Shown here: one piece after another, positions 24,249 through 64,000 of the stretch
Layout: each line of letters begins with the position of its first letter
Numbering within the stretch: the first letter of the stretch is position 1
DNA from: Bugula neritina
Lineage: Eukaryota; Animalia; Bryozoa
Length of the DNA: 64,000 nucleotides
NCBI GenBank assembly: GCA_964035545.1
Contig: OZ037765.1
Span: forward strand, 21,513,504-21,577,503
Direction of reading: 5' to 3'
Made by a program: the position numbers and the translations under genes
Notes under the pieces: model-generated
What the model saw: only the letters and a program-made list of their open reading frames with translations
Told to the model about the DNA's origin: nothing
The model's database searches: none

Positions 24249-27144
24249 CTTAATATATACCACTTTGATGGCAACAAGTCATTTTTATTAGTCCGTGAAT
24301 GAGTCTTGCGCGAGATACAAGCAGCAGAACATTGCCAAATAGAGAAACTTAGTAGAAATGAAATAATCACTGTTGCTAAAATTCTATTGACCAATCAAAT
24401 GGTACTTATCGTCGATTGTGATTTTTCGTCCATCGTCATCGTTGTGCACACCCAACGATGACGATTTCGTTTGAATTCCCTCAAATTTTCTCGTACGAAT
24501 GTTTTTTCGTGTCAAATAGACGATTTCGTGTGATTCTCACGATCGTGTGGCCAGGGCTTTATCAACAGCCAGCTAACGGAGAGTTTTCAATAAAACTGAC
24601 ATAACAAAAATGTTCACAGCAAGGGAACTGATTATGAAAGGGCAATAGCAAACATTACGATAATAGATTAATTCTTACCACATATCAATAGATGTAGACT
24701 GTTCTCTTTGTCCAAACAACAGCTCTGGGGCTCTATACCTAAAACAAGTAAACTGATAAATATTGTGGACATGTTGAAACAGTTTTTAAGCACATGTGTC
24801 TTATAACAAGTAAATCAAACAAAGCAAACAACTAGAGCTTTAAAATAGCTTGGAATGAAATACCATAAATTACATTAAATAAATTTGTTCTTGAAAGGAC
24901 ATCATTGCATTATAATAACCCAGAGTTGACAATATTGAGTTTGTGCCATGCATTGCCTCAAACCCTCTCACTTTCCCTCTCAGCATTTTCAATTATTCAG
25001 TCTAAATAGTGCAATTTCGAAAGCAATCTATTTTATATATATAATACTATACTACATTTTCACCCAGTTTCATACTGATAATGGTACATGTCGCATACAA
25101 GATAAAAAATAGATAATGACATGAGTAAAACAGGTTTTTGCTACAACTTGAAAAAGTAAACACAAAGTGAACTACACTCACCATAACGTCACAACTACTG
25201 GTGTCATAGGCTTTGGGGGCATCTCAATCTTCCTAGCCAGCCCGAAATCAGCTTCAACAAAACAAAATTATATATACATTTACATATTTCACCGATAGTA
25301 CCTATAAATGAATAATTAAACATTTACCAATACAGTACAAAAATTAAACATAAATATCTACGACAAGCTGATTTTATATAAGCTATTAGATCACACATAT
25401 GAGTTGTATCCTCATACAAAATTGCAGCCTTAAAAAAATCACTCGTTAGCTACAATGAAATTTATTACTCCATCTTCTAAAGTTACAATGTTCAGTTTTT
25501 AAATTGAAAAACTCATTTATAAGATCATTTTAAATTCAATGCATAAATATAATATATATTAACATACCTAACTTAACATCTCCCCTGAAATCCATCAATA
25601 AGTTAGATACTTTTAGGTCTCGGTGGACTATAAAATTCTCATGTAAATACTTTAATCCAGAAAATACTTGAAGCATAATGCATTTAACTTGTGACTCCGT
25701 GAAAGGCTTCTGCATATTATCCAAGAGGTTCGCAATATCTTGTTCACAGTATTCCATTATGAGAAATAAACTAAAATTAAAAAGTTAATTTCAAACTAGC
25801 ATAGTACAAAAAAGAACAGGCTACACAAAATATTTAGCAGGTAAGAAAGTCAGGAAAAGGAGTTACAACCATGATTATTTAGTTTAATAAAAAACCGTAG
25901 CTGCTCACACATAACTGCCAGAAACTGCCAGTGAAGGTGATCATGCACAAGTCTGCAGAAGATTGTGTATTGACGTTAACAACCAAGTGAGGTGAAGACT
26001 TCTAGAAATACTGATCAGCTAGCTATCATTAAACAGACCCACCTGTCTAGTGACTTCCCAACGGCTACACCTCTAAGGTCAACTACATTCCTATGGTTTA
26101 ACTTGAGCAGCAGGGTAATCTCTCTTAACGCACTGATTGGAAAACCAGACTTTTTAAATTCATCATACATTCGAACTTTTTTTAATGCCACAATCTCATC
26201 AGATCTTGTATCTCTAGCTCTATCTAGTTATAATAACATTATTGGACCCAATTAACATCAACTTTAATGCTGCAGAGTTGTCAACTGATAAGTTTAAGTA
26301 AGACTTAACATTCAACAGTCTGTTAAGTGCTAACAGCAGGTAGCAAGCAGCAACCAGTTGAATGAAATGAAGATGAATTAGAGAGTGAGGGCAACAACAT
26401 AACTATTCTATTCCCATACTCCATATATCCTTTGAAAACATTAGAGAATGTGACACAACAAATCTGTAGTATTGACTCAGGTTGAAGCTGGATTGACACT
26501 TGACATATACCTGATTGCAAGTATTCAGCAATAATTCGAGTAAACAAACTCTTTGTTTTAAAGAGTGAAGAAAATACTAAATTACTTACATACAATTCCA
26601 TATGTGCCTTCACCAATTCGATTGAGTTTTTCAAAATCAGCTACTGATCTGCAGTTTCCTAGCTAAATTAAAATTGCAGCATTAATTACATTAGCACAAC
26701 AAAACACATCACAATGCATGCATTCTTATTATTTTGATGACGAGAAAGCATACTGTATATTTACATGTAGGGGCAATCCCAATTAAATTTAGCCTCAATA
26801 AATATGTGAGAGAATGGGTAAATAAGTTGAAAAATACCAAGTTTTAGACAAAAATAAGTTATATCCTAAGAAGGTTTGTATGTGCACCCTAAAAACCCAT
26901 AGAAAATGGTAAAACTTAGGCTATTGAAATTTATCTGCTACTAGAGGTAAATGGAAATAGTATTCATATTAAAACAACCATCAGCAAACTGTTCATGACT
27001 CCCAAAACATCTCCAGTTTTTCTCTAGAATTATCTTATTAACAACTCTTACCTGGTCACTGACAAGGAATGATTGTGGTTCAAGTGTTTTGAGTGAGATG
27101 TAAGTATATGACTTGGAGCCATCACTTGACTCCATATTTGCCAT
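21660..27144 (-). CDS. CDK10: Cyclin-dependent kinase 10 (~372 aa, 11 coding exons)
   Basis: Exons 27144-27052, 26662-26590, 26223-26043, 25770-25568, 25251-25182, 24738-24679, 23372-23249, 22606-22557, 22367-22225, 22124-22012, 21668-21660. Motifs: [55 protein letters not shown]...[40 protein letters not shown] (CDK10-type C-terminus). Confidence 0.95.
21850..21907. repeat. Perfect 29-bp tandem duplication in the last CDK10 intron
   Basis: AACTCTTAACTACACACTTACATTAATCA x2. Confidence 0.9.
23693..24558. mobile_element. MITE with ~35-bp terminal inverted repeats (PIF/Harbinger-like) in a CDK10 intron
   Basis: Left AGCTCTGGCCACACGATCGTGAGAATGACACGAAA versus right (reverse complement) AGCCCTGGCCACACGATCGTGAGAATCACACGAAA; flanked by TAA/TTA; no transposase ORF; internal (TA)n at ~24177-24245. 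Confidence 0.88.
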
Positions 27145-28029
27145 AAAGATAATGTAGATGTTTGACCACTTAAGGCTCAGGCAACACAATCGAGTTTGAC
27201 ATTGATCTAAAGCAAATTATTAGAGAGGAATATGATAATTACAATTATGAAACAAGTGCTACTTATAAAAAGTAAATTTTCATGTAGTTTCCGTATCACA
27301 ATTTTAAATAATGTTAAAGAGTTATTCTCCCGACATGCCAAGACAAAGCAAGAATGTCTTGCCAAGATTCAAACCCAATACCTAGCATGTATGGGAATTG
27401 CTAAATATAGCAAAAATCTTGGGGTCACATGAGTGCAATCCTAACCGCTGCCAAAACTCCATACCCCCCCTCCCCGGTTATGTGCTGCATCTAGCAATTT
27501 TTTGTATATGCGCCTACTGAAATATAACTCTATATTTCAATATAAATTATATTGAAATATATATTATGGGGAAATATAACTCCATTGAAATATAAGTAAT
27601 AATATAATATAACTATATAGTTTTAATTCAGTGTATACTAGGTTAGCACTCTAACAACTTGACCACTGCTGCCCCCTAATTTACCATTTAAGTATTTAGT
27701 ATACTACTCCAAATTGAAATTTGAATATAAATTTAATTACTAATTAGACTATTAGACTTAGAGTAAATTGAATTTAAAATTCTGAAACTTCAGAATCGAA
27801 ATAACAATTTTAATTTGATATTTCAAATTATATCAATTATATTTATACTATATTATGACAAACATGATTTTGTTAATAAATTCATTGATATTACTAAAGC
27901 TATTACTTATAATACGATTAATACCTTTTATTATTTATCACAACTGCAATAAAAAATTGTGATAAAAAAGGAGTTGTCCAATACAGATAGCTCATTTGAA
28001 GAGTTGTTTGCCCAATAAATTTTGGGCGT

Positions 28030-28400
28030 AATAATAGACAGCGCCCTCTAGCACATATTAAAAGACAAAACGTAGCACTAGCTTACTAATCAAGCCATAT
28101 CTAAAATTTTATTCGGCCATTGGGGAAAGACGTGAAGCTCAATTAAACCTATGTTCAAAGGTAATTTATGCTATATTATTATATGTATAATATTTTTTAA
28201 GTGCTTACCTGTTAACTAACGGTAACTGCTACCTTTCAGCATGACTGAGCTCCACATGCGATGTTTTCTTTTACAAAATGGCTAGGGCGCAAGCTCCGGC
28301 GCAGACGCACAGCTTCTTGTTAATTAATTTGAATGATAGAAGTGGTGGTTTCGTTTCCCTTCACCTAAAAATTAACGTTTATCTGCGTTGGTAACCATCG
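28030..28400. promoter_or_regulatory. Candidate bidirectional CDK10/NRF1 promoter with untranslated first exons
   Basis: Locally CpG-containing patch between divergent genes. Minus-strand donor CAG|GTAAGC at 28208 pairs with the acceptor at 27207; plus-strand donors at 28161 or 28391 pair with the acceptor at 29746. YY1-like CAAAATGGC 28274-28282, NRF1-like GCGCAGACGCA 28299-28309, CTCF-like CAGCGCCCTCTAGC 28039-28052. Confidence 0.55.
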
Positions 28401-28509
28401 TGCATAATTATACTATTAGCAGTTATTACTTTGTTATTTTATTTTAAATTATCATATGATGATGCTACCCGATTTTTCAGTTTTATAATCATAATGACTT
28501 AATCTTATC

Positions 28510-29070
28510 AGTATCACGTATCGGTATGACTATCACTATGACTATGAGTATGACTATCCACACGAGTCTATGACATTGACATTCACATTGTGATTCAGAT
28601 TGACTATCAGTATCACACTCACAGATTACTGTAAGTGTAACACTAACTGTCTAAGTCTATGACTCTATCACCATCACTATGACTGTAAAGTGTAAGTGTA
28701 AGTCATAGTATGAGATTGGGTATCAGTATGACTATGAGTATGATTATCGCTGACTATCACAATGACGCTGACTGTATGAGTATTACTATCTGTGTAACTG
28801 TATGAGTAACAGTAACTGTAAGGGTAGCACTTACAGCAACAAGCACACATGGTTATGGTAATACCAATAGTATCAGACATAGGCTATAACTAATACTTAT
28901 ACTATATAGTAGTAAGATATACTTATAGTTATAGTATAGTATACTTTACTAATACTATAAGTATAACATAAGACTGTAAGTGTAAGTTTAAGATAAGTTT
29001 AACATCAAGTATTAACATTGGCATTAGTATTACTATTAGTATTGCTATTAGATTTTTTTTAGTATTAGTA
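28510..29070. repeat. Degenerate 6-bp-period low-complexity block (ATGACT/ATGAGT/AGTGTA/AGTATA)
   Basis: Visible hexamer periodicity; produces spurious YSYSYT-type ORFs. Confidence 0.8.
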
Positions 29071-29747
29071 TAACTTGAAATTTTTAGACTAATTCCTTAT
29101 CTAATTTATAACATTAATTTTTACTATAATTATCTAAATAGTGTCTCCATTAGTATTATTTACTATAATAACCATAGTGTGTATTATTTAATATGATTAT
29201 AGTGATAATAGTTATTATATAAATATAATTAGTCTGATGGCTTAAAGTTGGATGTTGTCTAGTTAACATACAATAAATACATCGTATAAGGTATTATTAT
29301 CATTATGCTTATGGTTATCCACACTGATAAATATTACAATTGGGTTATCACCAGTGTTAGCCTATATGTTACAACAATGGATGTAATAAAGAAAGGTACG
29401 GTTTTCTCAAGTGATAATATTTACATCGGTCATACTTTCAATCGCAACATGCAAGTGAGTTATTGATCAATCTCTTTATTTCATTGCGTCTATTTTGAAT
29501 TTCAATTTTGCAAACGTCAATCGCAATCAATGAGTATCAGGTTTAAGAAATGATTTTTTGTCAACTTGAAACATAGCAATTGTGACATTTTTGACTGTTG
29601 TTAACTAAATATTTATGACATTCTATACTACTTTGTGTAATGGTGAGAATCATTGCCAGTTATGATGAATTGTTTTGCTCTTATAAATTACTTATCAATG
29701 CATGATATTGATGAGTTTTTGGAGTTATCCTTCGACATTATTTTAGG

Positions 29748-32700
29748 ATGCAGGCTGATAGTGAGATTGCATTGGTGGGAGGAAATGCTACTCAAAATGT
29801 GTATATTAGTAAAGGTCAGTTGCAAAATCATACCTGAGTTTATGGTTCTGTGCTTGTGATGTGAGGTGCAAAACCCATGTTTATCCTTTGGAAATGGCTT
29901 ATGATTTTTTCAGTGGAATGTCTACTATTGAATTAAGTTTAGTCTTGTTTTAACTTGCTTTACAACTGCATCTAAGTTTGTAAAGATTGTTTTAAGTAAA
30001 TTTACCTGCAGTTATTTAAATCTCATCTATTGTATTTACTTTTCACTAGCGTGTATTCCTTCTGTTGGTGTATTTCTACAGTTGGTGGAATACCAGATAC
30101 CATGATACAGACAGAGGAGCCAATGACAGATGACCCCAGCTCTCCAGAGAGTAGTTTTGATGCTACAGATCTTATGCAACATGTTCACGGGGATGGAATC
30201 TCAGCCCGTACGCTCTCAGATAGACTCTCCCACTCTGGTAAGTCATGGTGGTCTCTCATGGCTGTGTACAATGTGGCTATAGCCTGTGAGCTAATGGTTT
30301 ATGCTGCTTTACTTAGGTCCTGCTGGAGTGGCGGCTGCAGCGGCTATCACCTCTTTTAAAAAAACTCGTAAGCCTCACGCTTTTGAAACAAACCCAGCTA
30401 TAAGAAAGAGACAGCAGACAAGATTGTTGCGCAAGATCAGAGCATGTATTGAAGAGTACACAGTGAGAGTCGGCCAACAGGCTGCATTCCTTGCCGTAAC
30501 TCCCCATAAAGGGAGAGATAGTAATCAAGGATATAAAGTCTTTGGATCTCAACCATTAGAGAATGTTGTAAGTATTAACAATCTCCTTGTGAAGCTGCTA
30601 AAGCCTGGATGATATCTTGTCTATTCTAATGAATCCCATTTTATTCTGTCGGACTTTGATGCTCACCAACTCAACAGCTTGAATAGTCTGTAACAAATGA
30701 GCTTTCTTATCGAAGTTATCACCCTCCGCTCAATTTTTCTTTATAATTATATCGTGTTACCAGCTTAGAGCATGTCGGAATGTTGTGATGCAAGAATTAG
30801 AGACCACTCTGGCTAGCCAGGCTCCGGCACCAGCAGAAAACTCTCACCTGTTTGAGCTGCCGCAGCTACTCATGGATGGAATGCCCACACCTTTAGAGAA
30901 AATGACTCAGGTTTGCTTTCAGTGCGGCTATAATTGGTTACTTTTGTATGTTTTTCAACAATACCTCAGGGAGTTGTCTTCTTTGTTAGTGCCAGGAGTA
31001 CAAGGCAGCAATAAAATTGATATATAAGATAGAAATAATGTTTTAATTATCTCAAAAGCTTATTGTTTATAATGAACACAGTTGCACAAGACGAGTTGTG
31101 TTTTTATGTTCCTTTTATTGAGTTAAAAGTGTCCTCCATCCGAGCTACATGTAAGGTGTTCACATGAAAGATAGTTTCGGTATATTTTTATGAATAAATC
31201 TTTTCAAAGTTAGTAATTTTATAGGAAATTTGGTTGTAATAGTTATGACTTAAATTTCTATTTTTATGTCTTTTCACAATCTCTATACAAGAGTGGGAAA
31301 ATTGAAATGCCAAAGCTTCTCATTTTGAAGTGTTTTACATAATTGTTTTCTGACGTTGAAGTGCTTGTGTTTAAATATAATGCAAATAGATATAGATGCA
31401 TTTGATTGTTTGATTGTTTTTGAAGTCGGTGACTGACATGGGTTGTATCTAGTAGATATGAATGTACAATAATAAGATGATTCTCTCTCTCTGCGTAGGC
31501 TCACCTGCGTGCCTTCATACCCGAGATGTTGAAGTATTCTACTGGAAGAAGTAAACCTGGCTGGGGAAAGCAAGAGTTCCGACCAACATGGTGGCCCAGT
31601 GATGTGCCGTGGGAGAATATTAGGTGTGATGTGAGGTCAGAGATGCAGAAGAAGCAGGTGAGATGTGCACTGGTGTTGGGTGTTGATATCTACACTTCCT
31701 GTACTGTTGATGGATTTCACATAAATACTGTGTTGTTTAGATGTCTTGGACGACAGCGTTGAGAGCTATTATTAGAAACTGTTACAAACATCATGGCCGA
31801 GAAGATTTGCTGCCAATGCTGGATGACGTGACGACTACAGTACCCTCCCCTTATGTCATGCAGACTATCAATAACCCTGATGGCACCCTGGCTCTTATTC
31901 AGATAGATACGTCTGGTTCCCAACTCGCTGAAAACAGTGAGATTATAACATTAGGTGATGGTACACAGGCAGCTGTTGTGCGCGCAGTAAGTTGTTTTCT
32001 ATATGATGCACGTGTCTATGTTTATTGCACATGCTCTTTAACATAAATTGACGAACTGAATTAATATCTGATGTTATAACCTTGAGAAGATAACTCTAAA
32101 ATGATGCACCATGTCTTGTAGAACTCATCCACCACCTTGTACTTTTTGCATTTAAGAAATTTGATATTTGTTGAACTTGCATAGCACAACGTTTTGTGCC
32201 GGACAATAAATCCTTTGATATAAAAAGTGTAAAATTGTGCTATGTATGTATTATAAAAAAACTAAATTTTAGTTTTGTGGATATTTTAATGGCATAAATT
32301 CCATAAATAAGAATCAATTTTTAGTGACCAGGCACTAGCTCTCAAGCTTTCGACCGATATGAAAAAGTAGCAAGTTGCAGAAAGCATTTAACTGCCATAC
32401 AGTGATGTCTATAGTGCCTTGCATAACCTTTGTCACTTGTAGCTACCATGTGATGATCTAGAGGAAATACACGGTCAACATATAGACGGTACGGTAACTG
32501 AGGCTACACTTTCAGCTGATGGAACAATAACTCTGCCAGATGGCAGCACCATTTCTCATTCTGATGGTTAGTTTGTATTGGATTAGTGAGACTGGAGATT
32601 TATTGTATACTCTTGGGCTTATAAATTGTAAGAGTGGGTCAATAGGTCAACTGTCCTATATATCCATAGCAGCCTGTTTTTTTTAGAAATTATCCACTGA

Positions 32701-33095
32701 CCACGTCATTAGACTGCTTTGCTGTAATTTATGGATTTCAATGGTTATTGCTCGATCCAAATTTGAACTTTTTAAACTCTTTAAACAACTTGTGTGAAAT
32801 TATAAGTCAACTTCATGTTAGTCTAGACATGTTCTGGTGTATTGTACATTATTTGATCTTTTTAAGGAATAAAATTATACTCTTATTGGCCTTTACAGAA
32901 ATACAAGTTGCTAAGGTTCATTTATGATGATGTAAAAATATTGCAGGTATGGTGCAGTTGCCAGTATCCATGTACAGCGGCACCATAATGGTTGGGAATA
33001 TTGATCATGAGGCCAACTCCATCACCATGTCACAGCCAAAATCTGAATCTAACCACATACCACCACCTTCAACACATACTGTAGAAATATCGTAA
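29748..33095 (+). CDS. NRF1: Nuclear respiratory factor 1 / erect wing / P3A2 family transcription factor (~432 aa, 8 coding exons)
   Basis: Exons 29748-29814, 30082-30237, 30317-30567, 30764-30910, 31499-31657, 31741-31986, 32443-32566, 32947-33095 (1299 nt). Motifs: GPAGVAAAAA..KK..PHAFETNPAIRKRQQTRLLRK, RVGQQA, FGSQPLENV, PTPLEKMTQAHLRAFIPEMLKYSTGRSKPGWGK, SWTTALRAIIRNCYKHHGREDLLP, QTINNPDGT, GMVQLPVSMY. Confidence 0.96.
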
Positions 33096-33751
33096 TGTTG
33101 TGTGATATATGCCTTCTATTTGAAATGACGGATTGTTAGCTATATTATACTACCACCTAGGTTTGAGTCACAACTTACAGTGACTTCCCTAAATACTGTT
33201 GGGATAATCTGATCAGATGTATTTTTGCACTTATAATGATATTTAAATATTTGTAAATATGTTTGTATATAATTGTAATATAAGGTTTTTTTGACATTGT
33301 TTGTATATTTTTTGTTCAGCTTTAAAGTTTGATTGAATTCTTGACTCAATAATAAACTGTTATAAATTTTCAAAGCTAAACACATTTTATTGAATAGAAA
33401 ATAAATAAGTTTTCCAACATTTTAATTTAAATATACATGCAGTAGAGATACGAGATGAATATAACGTTTCTTACAAAATCGTTGATTGGTTAATAAACAC
33501 ACTATAATTGTTACATTATTAGGTCTTTATATGATGCTTTAAACAGTTTCATGGACGGAATTTATATATATCTCTTTGTTATGGAATTTTGTGAGCACTA
33601 GGCAGTAAAAATATCCAAAAAAAGGTAAAATGTTAAATACAAACACTATCGTCAAATAAATTATCAATCGCTCATTACCAGGCAAGCCGTGTCACTGGTG
33701 TAGGTTATTTTAGTCGCGTCCTTGACATTATGGTTGGTGGTTTGCAATGAT

Positions 33752-63642
<29,891 letters not shown>

Positions 63643-64000
63643 CTATAAAAAATAAACAATAACCTACAGTAAAACTTTTTTCATTAAACAAAAGCAACTA
63701 CAATAAAAATGAAAGCATAACATTAATCAGTTTTTAAAGCAGCTAATCGTAATACTACTAGGTTTGGTAAAAAGTGATTCGAAAACATATTTTTTTAATT
63801 ATAGAATAAAGATAGTAAATTGACACTTTTGAAGTAATTTTGCATTAAATACAAAAAGCTTTCAAAACGATAATGATTATTATGGCGATGATTGTCATTT
63901 GAACTTTTTTATGACTAATCAACACAAACATAGCTCTAATACTTATAGCCTGACAGAGCTTCGTTTTCACCAATTAAAATGTATAATAAAGGTAATTTTA

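Noticed and set aside
24128-24394. ORF with a signal-peptide-like N-terminus inside a CDK10 intron
   Set aside because: Starts at TTG right after a stop, lies within a MITE and runs into a (TA)n microsatellite.
26043-26223. PISALRE helix and TPVVVTLW suggesting CDK11 or a novel CDK
   Set aside because: The short N-terminus, MEYCEQD, KQPYNNLK and C-terminal [13 protein letters not shown] all fit CDK10.
28677-28880. YSYCYSYSYT/HTHSHT ORF
   Set aside because: Translation of the hexamer low-complexity block.

Overview
AT-rich, intron-containing animal (invertebrate-like) genomic DNA with short introns; no prokaryotic features. Gene order, left to right: (-) HOIL-1/RBCK1-type RBR E3 ligase with an unusual UBL - B-box/ZZ-like finger - Pro-rich - NZF - NZF - RBR architecture (CDS 1735-8097); a decayed RTE LINE and a recently inactivated CR1/L2-group LINE; (+) CCDC103/DNAAF19; (-) a tandem pair of small 3-exon genes for secreted proteins that appear to consist only of a meteorin-like N-terminal domain (one intact, one with a 1-nt frame break); (-) CDK10 with an intronic MITE; a compact divergent promoter; (+) NRF1/erect-wing; and (-) a near-complete axonemal dynein heavy chain DNAH7 running off the right end. 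Exon coordinates were worked out by hand from GT-AG sites and reading frame; family assignments rest on motif recognition, not database searches. The best novelty candidates are the single-domain meteorin-like secreted pair and the HOIL-1 homolog carrying HOIP-like extra zinc fingers.
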